From Camelus dromedarius (lineage: Eukaryota): a stretch of 64,000 nucleotides of DNA. The notes beneath the pieces were generated by a model. The model made no database searches, was not told the origin of the DNA, and saw only the letters and a program-made list of their open reading frames with translations. Of the stretch, positions 26,954-39,152 are shown in pieces. How positions within the stretch are numbered: position 1 is the first letter of the stretch; every line of letters begins with the position of its first letter. The DNA is taken from NCBI RefSeq assembly GCF_036321535.1, contig NC_087437.1, positions 77,812,001 through 77,876,000 of the forward strand. The letters run 5' to 3'. Both the position numbers and the translations under genes were made by a program.

Positions 26954-29900
26954 TTTCTTTTTTTAATTGAAATATAGTTGATTTACAATGTTTCAGGTGT
27001 ACAGCAAAGTGATTCAATTATACATACATAAAGATTTTTTTCTTTTTCAATTCTTTTCTATCATAGGTTATTACAAGATATTGAATATCGTTCCCTGTGC
27101 TATACAATAGGGCCTTGTTTATCTATTTTATATATAGTAGTGTGTAACTGTTAATCTCAAATTTCTCATTTATCCCTCCCCCGCCTTTCCCCTTTGGTGA
27201 CCATAGATTTGTTTTCAATGTCTGTGAGTCTATTCCTCTTTTGTGAATAAGTTGATTTGTATCATTTTTTAGATTCCACATATAAGTGATATCATATGAT
27301 ATTTGTCTTTCTCCATCTGACTTACTTCATTTAGTATGACAATCTCTAGGTCCATCCATGTTGCTGCAAATGGCATTATTTAATTTGTTTTTATGGCTGA
27401 GTAATATTTCATTGTTTACAGATACTACAGCTTTATCCATTCATCTATCCATGGACATTTAGGTTGCTTCCATGTCGTGGCTATTATAAATTGTGCTGCT
27501 ATAAATATGCAGCGTATGCATCTTTTTGACTTAAGAATTTTTGTTGTTTCCGTATATGTGCCCAGGAATGGCATTGCTGGATTATTTGATAAGTCTATTT
27601 TTAGTTTTTTAGGGAGCTTCCATACTGTTCTCCATAATGGCTGCACCAATTTACATTCCTCAACAGTGCAGGGTGGTTCCCTTTTCTCCACACCCTCTCC
27701 AGCATTTATTATTTGTAGACTTTTTGACGATGGCCTTCCTGACAGGTGTGAGGTGATACCTCATATAGTTTTGATTTGTATTTCTCTAATAATTAGTGAT
27801 GTTGAGTATCTTTTCATGTGCCTATTGGCCTCTGTTATGTTTTCATTGGAGAAATGTCTATTCGGGTCTTCTGCCTATTTTCTGATTGAGCTGTTTGTTT
27901 TTTGATACTGAGGTATATGAGCTGTTTATATATTTTGGAAGTTAATCCCTTCCCTGTTGTATTGTTTGAAAATATTTTCTCCCATTCTGTTGGTTGTCTT
28001 TTTTCTTTTTTGATGGTTTTGATTGTGCAAAAGCTTTTAAGTTTAATTAGGTCCCATTTGTTTATTTTTGCTTCTGTTTCCATTACTCTAGGAGCTGGAT
28101 CCAATTATTTATATGCTGCAATTTATGTCACAGAGCCCTACCTATGTTTTCTTCTAGGAGTTTTATAGTATCTGGTCTTACATTTAGGTCTTTAATCAAT
28201 TTTGAGTTTATTTTTTGCATATGGTGTTAGAGAATGCTCTAATTTTATTCTTTCACATGTAGCTGTCTAATTTTCCCAGCACTGCTTATTGAAGAGACTG
28301 ACTTTTCTCCATTGTACATTCTTGCTGCCTTTGTTGGAGATTAATTGACCATAAACACATGGGTTTATTTCTGGGCTTTCTATCCTATTCCATTGATCTA
28401 TGTGTCTGTTTTTGTGCCCATACCACACTGTTTTGATTATTGTAGCTTTTCAGTATAGTCAGAAGGCAGGAAGCATGATTTCTCCAGCTCTCTTCTTTCT
28501 CAAGATTGTTTTGGTTATTCAGGATCTTTTGTGTTTCCATACAAATTTCAAAATATTTTGTTCTAGTTCGATGAAAAATGCCATTGATAATTTGATAGGA
28601 ATTGCACTGAATCTGTATATTGCCTTGGGTAGTTGGCCATTTTAATAATATTGATTCTTCTAATCCAATAACATGGTATATCTTTCCATCTGTTTGTGTC
28701 ATCTTTTAATTTTTTTCAACAGTGTCTTATAGTTTTTGGACTAAAGATCCTTTGCCTCCTTAGATAGGTTTATTCCTAGGCATTGAATTCTTTTTGTTGT
28801 AATGGTAAATGGGATCATTTCCTTAATTTCTTTTTCTGCTATTTTGTTGTCAATGTATAGAAATGCAACTGATTTCTGTATATAGATTTTGTACCCTGCT
28901 ACTTTAATGAATTCATTGATGAGCTCTAGTACTTTCCTGGTAGCCTCTTTAGGATTTTCTATGTGTAGTATCATGTCATCTGCAAGCAGTGATAGTTTTA
29001 CTTCTTCTTTTCCAATCTGGATTCCCTTTATTTCTTTTTCTTCTCTGATTATTGTGCCTAGGACTTCCAAAACTATGTTGATTAAAACTGGCAAGAGTGG
29101 GCATCCTTGTCTTTTTCCTGATCTTAGAGGAAATACTTTCACTTTTCACCATTGAGCATGATGTTAGCTGTGGGTGTGTCATATATGGTCTTTATTATGT
29201 CGAGGTATGTTCCTAGTATGCCCACTTTCTGGAGAGTTTTTATTATAAATGGATGTTGAATTTTATCAAAAGTTTTTTCTGCATTTATTGAGATGATCAT
29301 ATGGCTTTTATTCTTCAATTTGTTAATGTGGTATATCACACTGATTGATTCGCAGCTATTGAAAAATCCTTGTATCCCTGGGATAAATCCCACTTGATCA
29401 TGATGTTTGATTGATCTTTTTAATACACTGTTGGTGTCAGTTTGCTAGTATTTTGTTGAGGATTTTTACACTTATGTTCTTCAGTGATATTGACCTGTAA
29501 TTTTCTTTTTTTGTGATATCTTTGTCTGGTTTTTGTATCAGGGTCATGGTGGCCTCACAATGAGTTCAGAAGAGCTCCTTCCTTCACAATTTTTTAGACT
29601 AGTTTCAAAGGATAGGTGTTAACTCTTCTTTAAATGTTTGGTATAATTACCCTGTGAAGCCACCTGGTCCTGGACTTTGTTTGTTGGGAGTTTTTAAGTT
29701 ACTGATTCAACTTCAGTGCTGGTAATTGATCAGTTCATATTTTCTATTTCTTGCTGATTCAGTCTCAGGAAATTTTTTGGCATACAGTCTTGGTAGTAGT
29801 CTCTTATGATCCATTGTATTTCTGTGGTGTCAGTTGTAACTTCTCCTTTTTCACTTCTGATTTTATTGATTTGAGTCCTGTCCATTTTTTTCTTGATGAG

Positions 29901-30210
29901 TCTGGCTAAATCAATTTTGCTTATCTTTTCAAAGAACAAGTTTTAGTCTCTTTGATTTTTTGTATTTTTTTTTAATCTCTATTTCATTTATTTCTGCTCT
30001 GATCTTTATAATTTCTTTCCTTTTATTAACTTTGGGTTTTGTTTGTTCTTCTTTCTTTAGTTGCTTTAGGTGTAAGATTAGGTTATTTATTTGAGATTTT
30101 TCTTGTTTCCTGAGGTAAGCTTGTATCACTATAAACGTCCCTCTTATAACTGCTTTTGACGCATCCTATAGGTTTTGGATCATTGTGTTTTTGTTTTCAT
30201 TTCTTTATCC
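26954..30210 (-). mobile_element. 5'-truncated decayed L1 (~3.25 kb of ORF2 plus 3' UTR)
   Basis: Minus-strand ORF2 fragments: IQAYLRKQEKSQINNL..; [61 protein letters not shown] (RT motif); T-tract at 26954. Confidence 0.97.
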
Positions 30211-30330
30211 AGATCATAGTAAATACAATTTGTTGAGTGCTTACCACGTAGAAGGTGAATTCCATATAATTTTCTATATATACCAAAAAAATCCCAAACA
30301 TATAAGATGTTTTTGTTTAGTTTCCTTTTA

Positions 30331-30522
30331 CAGTTGATCCTTGAACAACATGAGTTTGAACTGTATGGATCCACTGGTACACAGAAATTTTTTAATAATA
30401 AATACTACAGTACTACACGGTCCATAGTTAATTGAATCTGAGGATGCTGAGGAACCTCGGGTATGGAGGGCAGACTATAAATTATAGGCGGATTAACCTC
30501 TGGGTTGTTCAAGGGTCAACTG
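30331..30522 (+). mobile_element. Tigger2-derived MITE (192 bp)
   Basis: TIRs cagttgatccttgaacaac / gttgttcaagggtcaactg (1 mismatch in 19), flanked by TA on both sides. Confidence 0.9.
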
Positions 30523-32761
30523 TATTTTGTTTTGCTATTTTTATTGATATGAAATTGAGGCACGTGTCAATTGCATAAGCCATGAAGATGATGTAAGTGA
30601 TAGATCTGGGATCCAATCCAGTCTGCATCATCACCACTACAGGACTTTGTACTCAACATACGCTTATAATTTAAATAATTAAATAAAACCTCTGAGACCT
30701 ATTTACACTGAGTTAATGATTCTAAAATCCTTTGGCTCCTGACTTTGAGTGCAAATCCTCTACCATTTATCCTAATTCCTTTACTTGTTATCTGAGGTAC
30801 TAGCAACCACAGAGCTGTAGTCTCTGTTTCAACCTTTGGCTACTTACTCACTGTCTAAAACTCTCCAGTCATCTCATCCTTTCCTGAAGAACACTTTCAC
30901 CTATTTTGCAACTGGCATATAACATTCCAATTCCACATACACTGGTCAGGAATATAACATTATTTCTATATATGTTTTCTATATAGTATCATTAATAACA
31001 TGAATGGTTCATTGTAGGAAAAGCAGTTTGACATTTTTCTCATTAGTCTACACTTGCCAAGTTGTTAAGGATTGACAGAACATCCAAGTAATGAGAATTT
31101 TAAGAAAATAAAAATGTCTTTTATATTTAATGAAATGTTTATATAATACTTAAAATTTATTGTCATATAACTTGGTATCTATTTAATAGTAAAATATTTC
31201 TTAATATTTATAGCTTAAATTTTCCCTAGTAGATACTGAATAAACTGAATTGTAGATATTTTTTCATGATTTTCTAAGAACCTTAAATTTGTGATTAACA
31301 TTTTAAAAATTACTTGTATCCATCAAATATAAACATATATAAAATGCCTTAGAGATTCATAATGTTGATTCATAATGTCATAATAGTGCATAAACAGACT
31401 ATGTCAACAGTAAGGAAAAGTATATTAAAAGTAAGCATGTTAAATTAATCTTAAACCAGTATACAGTCTATGGAAATTCAGGGATTCTCCATCAGGCCCA
31501 ACAGCAAAAGATCATTAATAGGGCTCTTAAGCTTCATATTATAAGAGGGATCACATTCTTTTTAAAGAATACGACAGATACGAATAAATATTTAGAAAAC
31601 AAATGCTAAGAATGGGCAACAGAGGCCAAATTCATGCCTTAAAGATGACTTTGTTATATAAGGAGTTGTTGTGCAGAATAATGTATTTACAAACAGGATT
31701 TGAGTTTAGGCTACAACTTTTTTAAATTTTAAATGGGCCTAAATTTAAAATTGATTAAAAAAGATATATTTTCCTCTTAGGAAATGTGAGAGTTTAGGAA
31801 TCTCTTCATATTTATAACTGTAAAAATAGGCAGCTTCTGATTTGTATACAAAGGTTTATGTATAGTATTTTATATTCATATGTAATTTGAAAAGGGGTTC
31901 ATACCGTTGGTAATGAATCTTGGGGCAGATTTTAAAAGAAAAGCTTTTCATGTTAATTTACATCTTCTTTCTTCTTTTGGAGGGAAAAACTGTGTTAAAT
32001 CAGATTCAGAAAGAACCTATCATCCCAGGAATATGACATGCTATTAGGACAGCAGTCTCTTAAATACTATAGCTAACTCACATTCCCCTACCAGCTGAAC
32101 ACCAAAGAATCATGTAATACAGTTAAACTAATCAGAGCCATTATGCATTTAACTTTCCTTCTTTATTAACTGTTGTGGATGAAGTGTTCTAATGTTTTAA
32201 CATGTAAGAACCAGCCAGCACTTCCTTCACAAAGCACCTAGGACTTTAAAAAAAAAAACAAACCACAGTTTTATTCCTTTAGAAAGTTTATAAAAAGGAG
32301 TTTCCCAAGTAATATCAAGAATGCTAAGGAATAATCTTTACAAATTTCCCTTGCCTTAAGATGTGCTCTGAGGAGGCTGAGGGGTAGAAGGGATAGGAAT
32401 ATAAAAACAATTTTATCTTTGCCATGAAGTCATATTATTATCATGGAAACAGTAGTACAGAAATAGGGAAAACCTCTCCAAAAAACAGCTAATTAGCTCC
32501 CCAAAGGGTATATGAAAAATAATTAATCTTTTTACCAATAAAAATAAGTAAAGATTACAATAATGTATGACATATTGCAGGTTTGAAAATTCTGTTACTA
32601 AGTTTTCAGAAGTCTGTAACTATTATAGGCAACAATCAGTTGTTAAGAGAATGAAACCACTTGTCCTCAAAATTATAGTGGATGGAAGTTAGAAATGAAT
32701 TAATATGCAAATTCAGTCTTGAACCAAACTTGAATCCAAATAGTTCCTATATCATAAAGTA

Positions 32762-33119
32762 TATTATATTAATGTCCCCATCAAATTCATATGTTGAAGA
32801 CCTAACCCAATATGATGGTATTAAGAAGTGGAGGCCTTTGGGAGGTGATTAGGTCATGAGGGTAGAGCAGTCATGAATGAAATTAGTGTCCTCCTAAGAG
32901 ACCCCAGAGAGTTCCCTTGTCCCTTCTAAAATGCGATGACCACGAAGAGAAGATGATCATTTGTATAAACGAGGGAATGGGCTCTCATCAGACACTGAAT
33001 CTGCTGGTGCCTTTATCTTGGACTTTCCAGCCTCCAGGACTGTGAGTAATAAATTTCTATTGTTTTTAAGCCACCCAGGCTATGATACTCTGTTATAGTT
33101 GCTTGAACAGACCAAGACA
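32762..33119 (+). mobile_element. MaLR solo LTR (MLT1A0-like)
   Basis: aaattcatatgttgaa..ggcctttgggaggtgattaggtcatgagggt..tcttggactttccagcctccaggactgtgag..aataaatttct..gaccaagaca; imperfect 5-bp TSD aagta/cagta. Confidence 0.9.
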
Positions 33120-33324
33120 CAGTATTTCTCCAGAGGTCAACACATATTCTGTCTCTTTGACCAGAGGAAATAAGATAAGAATAAAGGTTTTTGTTTGTTA
33201 TGTTCACTTCTGTGTCCTAAATGTATGGGGCACATAGAAACACTCAAAATAAAGTTGTTGAAAGAACGGTACTTTACTTTCTGACTTTTCTTCCTTCTTG
33301 ATTCTTTACTGGAGTGGATATCTA

Positions 33325-33880
33325 TTGTATGGGCCAGCCCAGCAATCAATCATGCTTCTGGGAACAGCACCCTGACTGTCATTGCATCATCACTCTGTCC
33401 CAAATCTTAGCCTATGCAATTCAGGCAAATTGACATTGTTCCCACCCCCAACTCTGACAGGCTCCAGATATTAGCACCCACTTAATTTGGCCAATAGGAA
33501 CAGTCGACCCATTGAAACAAATGTTTGGTTCAGCTGGCATGTGGCCCACACCAGACGAAGTGACTCAGCTGAAGAACTTTTCCTGGAACTATTAAGAAAG
33601 AGAAGCTTTTCACACTGAAGTTGCTGAGTGGAAGAATTATAATACTGGCTATCCTACCCACACACATCATGACAAGAAGTTGTTCAAATGAAGTCAAGAC
33701 TAAAGAAAACCAAGCCAAGAGATGGTGAGATGTGTATTTTGGCATCATCTAAGCTCTGGATTCTAGGCCTGAAGCCAGTTCCATCCCATTATTTTGAAAT
33801 TATGTGACCTAATAAATTCAATTTTTATAAGTTCAGTTTGAGATAGATTCCTACTTGCTACTGAAAGAGTCATAATAAAT
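33325..33880 (+). mobile_element. Old MaLR LTR (MLT1 J/K/L-like)
   Basis: tttcctggaactattaagaaagagaagctt...ctctggattctaggcctgaagccag...aataaattc...cttgctactgaaagagtc. Confidence 0.6.
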
Positions 33881-36181
33881 ATATCCTCCAATACCACTGT
33901 ATTAATTACTTAAGACTTTGTATGTGGAAGAAATGAATAGTACCATGCTGATGTTGAGTCATATAATAACCATGGGAGGAAAATCGTGACAGTCACATAG
34001 TGTACTCTTAGAAATATCTAGCAAGGTTTGTGTCCTCCTTTTAATTTACTCATATTAAATTTCAGAAGGAGAAAGAGAAGCACCTGTTTCTCTGTTAAGC
34101 TCTCTAGATGGCGTGTTTCTTCTTCTGTGACTTGCCACTGGTTGCTTCAGCACTTCTGACTCCAGAACTGAAGTAAGATAATTAATCACTACTTTTTTTT
34201 TTTTTTGGTCAATAGCAAACAACCATAATCATGCCTCCAAAACAGAAAAAACAATCCACATTTTAGAAAGAGTTACAATTTCTTAAATCACACAGACGCC
34301 TCAGACAGCTTGAGGAATCAACATATATGCCCTCATTTTACAATTGAAGAAACTTAAGGAATTTGCCCAGTGTCATATCACTGCCTGGCAGCAGAGGCAG
34401 ACTCTAACATGGCAAACCATTCTATGATTTTGCTTATTTTTATATTGTAATTTCTTTCCAGAGACTTGCTTTAAATCACATACACAAGAGTTTAAAATAT
34501 TTAGTTAGGCTTAGAATTCTATTCACATGCAGAAAACTGGTTCACAGTTTCTATACACATGTATTATCACTAGGCGGAATGACAGAACTTCGTACTGTGC
34601 TCTACTAAATAAGAGCTCATTAAGAGTGATTTCATTAGCACTCTCAAAATTCCAATATAAACTCATACAAGAATTAAGAAATAAACAGCTTCATTTCTAG
34701 AGAATAGCTATCTTTTAGGTCAATGGAATATAATTTATCTAAAGCTACATTAGTGTCCTGACAAATTTAATTTATCCCTACTTACCAGTAAGAACAGGTC
34801 TATGAATTACTTTAGTAATTGCCCAAGAGGATAAAAAGGCCAATGTAGAATACATTTACATATATTAAGATATGAAATTTTTACTGAAGGAAACTCAAAA
34901 TCTGAGACAAATTATTCTGCATATTATATTTTCAAAATAAGGACAAACCATTTTAAATTAAAATCTAATTTAAATGAATCAGATCTTACCAAAGCTAACT
35001 TTTCACATTTTAGTCTAACTTACCATAAACTATAGAAAACTAAGACAATTGGTTAAGATGAAATCTTACATATTTGAAAGTTTTCCCAAAATTATACTTT
35101 GTTTTTCTTACTGTTTTCTCACTTCAGTATCAATCACAAAAGCAATTTATAGTCATATGAAACTAATCAAAGTATGTGACAAATAAAAAGTGCTTTGAGG
35201 TTCCCGGATGAAAGGCTTTGTGTTAACGCAACACATTACTAATTCCATAAATACCAAAGAATTTAAAAGAAAAAGTCATTTCATGGGGAGAATAGATTTT
35301 GAAGTTGAGAAGAATCATAAGGAATTTTTAATATCAAGGGCACCTCACTCCTGTATTTTAACACCAGTTAGTCTTATAACTAAGACCCTTCCACATATCC
35401 CTGTTGGTGGGACAATGAAGTAAGTGACTTTGGGGGAGGGAAATATGAATACAAAGAAACACCTCTATTGCTCTTAACTAATCACTCAGTCTTCTTCCTG
35501 GCAGCAGACTCAGGAGCACTTTTTTTGCAGTGGGACAAAGACTCACTGATAGATTCACCCTGATCAGCTCATCATATGTCTATCATAAAATTTAAAGACA
35601 CTGTTTATAATCCAGTTTCAGGGTGTCAGCTTGTCTGGGAGTGTGCATACATTTTTTACCATGATGGAAATAATGTCAAGCTCTGTTTAGAAACATAAGA
35701 CTTCTCCTTAGCACCATCCAAAGAAGGTAAAGGAGGGTCAGTGGCTTAGATATAACTTATTCATGGAGTGTATGCAATATGATATTCAGAATCTTGTAGT
35801 GAAAAACTCCTTGGCCGGAAGACCAGAATGTTTCAATGGGCCAGGGGAAGCCTGCTCATTGAAAAACTGCACGTTGAACATCAATTTATTTGATTGAGCC
35901 TGTTTGTCCTTAACTGACATTGGCAGTGAGACCCGGCATCAACTACAATCTCCTATGAAAAAAATCCAGCAATAGCACAAAAATTAAACTAAGAACAGTT
36001 CTTAGATGTGTATCTCACATTGTAGCCTGATTATTACAGCTATAAGCAAGAGTTTTCATTGTCTCAGGAAGATGGAACAAGTGATATTCAAACCAAAGTT
36101 TAATATTTGCAATCCTGTTTACTTTCCTGTGGCCATTTCTCAGAGCTCTACGTGTTCTGAACCAAGTTCTCCAGCTTAATT

Positions 36182-36213
<32 letters not shown>

Positions 36214-36243
36214 CACATACATACATACATATATATATATATG
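36182..36243. repeat. Compound microsatellite (TG)n(CG)n(CA)n(TACA)n(TA)n
   Basis: Directly visible uninterrupted alternating purine-pyrimidine tract of ~62 bp. Confidence 0.95.
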
Positions 36244-36599
36244 AAAATCTTTTCAATGTTCATATTAGTGAGGCAAATTGATTATATTAAACTGGTTAAT
36301 GTATATACTCCTGTTAAGTTTCAGAGGAAATGATTAGGATGAGAGTATATATATAAATACTTGTAATAACATACTGGTTTCTACTAGTCATTTGTTTTGC
36401 TCAGATTCTGCAGGAGGATTTTCTTGCTAGTATGCATTTTCCCATGCCTACATTGGAATCAAAGTTTTGGTATATGGCAGATAATGTAAACCTGAGGATA
36501 GCAGATACATGTACCTTGGCAAGAGACTGAAAGACTTTTTTAAAACTTAGTATTGGAAAGTAAGATACTAAATAAATGTAACAGTTTGTATCAGTGATA

Positions 36600-36830
36600 T
36601 CAAAACATTAATAATAAGCTTGTTATGTGTAAAGCACTGTACTAAGCTTGACATTTTATAAAGCATTAAATTCTCATTAAAAATCATATGAGATAGACAC
36701 TATACTTCCTTTTTATGGATAAGGAAACTGAGGCTCCCAGGGATTAAAAAGAAAAGAGAGAGAATCAGGATTTCAATCCAGATCTTCCTGGATCTGAAAT
36801 TCTTATCTTTTTTATTACAAAGTGCTGCCT
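36600..36830 (-). mobile_element. MIR SINE
   Basis: agcactgtactaagc...tttttatggataaggaaactgaggctcccagggattaa...ggatttcaatccagatctt. Confidence 0.75.
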
Positions 36831-37587
36831 CAAACATAAGCAGCTTTCTAAGGGAAATGTAATAGAAACCACCTCTTTCAGGATTGTATTTAGAACATGA
36901 GATGTAAACATAAAAGTTTATGTTTAATTACATCTCATGCATTATTTTCAAATGTTTTGAGAAGAAAAGATATTTATTTCAGTTTGTTTCATTTCAGTTT
37001 TCTATAGAAAAAATATTAGGATTTGATATGCATGCATTCTTAAAGGCTTATTTTTTAAACAAACCCTAAACAACAAATATGCAAGTTGTATATTTTGCAA
37101 TTGTCAATAACTCTATTTGAAAGCACATTTCCATGGAGACCTCTTTAGAAATATGAGTTTATCCTTTCCTGAATATTCACTAAGAATAGATTATTCATAC
37201 ATCTAATTTTGGCATAAATGTATATGGAGGAGATTTATAGGCTTAGCTGACTCTTTCATTTTACAGATCTGTTCATTATTACACTTCAAATTTCGCTGCA
37301 TGAGTTTCTCACTCATATTGAAAATACACCCCTATTAAAAAGCTTTTGTTCAATAAGATTTTATTATAATCCGAGATGTGTGCAGAATTGAAAAGCAAAT
37401 TACTATCTTATACTTTTAAATGATTTGGTCCTCAGTTTGGAGAGAACAGCTTTTGAAATATGACAGTTAATGATAACACCGCACTTCCATTTACTGTCAT
37501 AATTCACAACAAAAACAGGATGGAAACTTATTTCAAAAACAATAAACACACACCCATGAGAGCTTAGACACTTTCTCTTGCATAGTT

Positions 37588-38112
37588 ATGCCTGGGAGAT
37601 TGATTGCTTTAACGGCCCTATTCTTTACCGTGTCCTGTATACACTATGTTTGCCGTGTGACTTTGTAGTTCCTCTCACCAAGGAGACACAGACTCTTTCC
37701 CCTCTCCTTAAATTTGGGCCCACCTTGTGCCTTGCTTTGGCCGACGGAATGATTGCAAATATCATGCAAACAGAATTTTGCGAAAAGGACTTACACATTT
37801 CTGCTCACTCTTGCCAAGAACATTCTTAAGCTGGCCTGCTTCATGAAGACAGACAATGTTGGACTGGAGTTAATTTGCCCCAGTTATACCATTTGAGGCA
37901 TAACTCGCACCAGCTGATTCCCCCTCACCCCTCTCCCACCCTCTTACATTTGCACATACACAGAGGCATGAACTCAGCCCAAATCAGCCAAACGCATCCC
38001 AGATCAGCTGATCCCCCGACTCACAAGCTAAATAAATGTTTATTGTGTTTGCTGCTAAGTTTTGGTGATTGTTTATAATGCTATATTACTGTGGCAAAAT
38101 CTAAGTTATATA
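37588..38112 (+). mobile_element. MaLR LTR (MLT1G/H/I-like)
   Basis: gtgactttgtagttcctctcacc...ccttgctttggccgacggaatg...cagcccaaatcagc...aataaatgtttattgtgttt...agttttggtgattgtttat. Confidence 0.75.
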
Positions 38113-38339
38113 CTGTGTCTCCTCTCAATTTTATTTTTCTTCCTAAGGGTGTAAGTGAGGAACTTAATTTAAGGATTAAGTTCCTCTTAATAAAGTACAT
38201 TTTCCATTTCTTAATTAGGAAACAGACCATGTGCATATTTCTACATTTAGTTTCGCATTAAGTTACCATTTATTGAGCATCTACTATGTTTCTGGCACTG
38301 TGCTAAGAATTCCAAATATAAAGAAATAGTTCAAAAGGT

Positions 38340-39152
38340 ATGTCTGGAACTGTTACAGCAATAAAATAAGCAAAGTAGTAATGGAATATAATTGAAAGCA
38401 TAAAATAAATATCTACGAGTCCATACTGATATAAATGATTAAATAAATTTAAGGGAGAATAGATAAATGTCCCATGTAGAATAATTCCAGATAATTTAGG
38501 TAGAGATTTCACCCTTAAGGAAGTAGAGTGTAAGTACCCACTTCTTAGTGTGGGCTGTACATAGTAACTTCCTTCCAAGAAGGATATCATGAAAAGAGGG
38601 GAAAAGAGTAACTTGACCACGCAGAAACCTGACAAACACCAACTCAGCCAGTGTTCAAAGTTAACAACAGTAGTTGTTAATCATATTGATAGTATGGAAC
38701 TTTGATATGATGTGGTAAGAACTGCATTTTACCTCTGCGGTTTTCCTCCCACAAACCTAATACACCCCCAATCCCAATATCATCATAAGAAAAACACTAA
38801 ACAAATCCCAATAAAGCAATATTCTACTAAATACTGACCAGTACTTCTCAAAACTGTCAATAAAAAAGGAGGGGGATGATTTGAGTGACTGTCATAGTCA
38901 AGAAGACCTTACAGTGGCATGATGACTGAATTTAGGGTGGCATTCTAATAAGATTAGGCTAAAAACTAAGAAATTCTAAATAAAGTATGAACTTCAATTC
39001 ATAATTATGTAATTATTATTGGTTCACTAACTGTAACAAATATATTAGTAAGATGTTAATAATGGAGGAAACTGGGTATGGAACTCTGTACTATGTTCAA
39101 AACTTTTCTATAAACCCAAAAACATTCTAAAATTAAACTTTTATTTAAAAAT
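38340..39152 (+). mobile_element. Old L1 3' UTR (L1MC/L1MD-like)
   Basis: gagtccatactgatataaatgatt...gtgtgggctgtacatagtaacttccttccaaga...gaaacctgacaaacacc...ggaactctgtactatgttc...aaacattctaaaattaaactt. Confidence 0.85.

Noticed and set aside
27477..29155. Hydrophobic plus-strand ORFs (142, 88, 81 and 88 aa)
   Set aside because: They are antisense readings of L1 ORF2, a common artefact
28741..29393. Reverse-transcriptase ORFs as an active or novel RT system
   Set aside because: These are ordinary L1 ORF2 fragments broken by frameshifts and stops in a 5'-truncated copy
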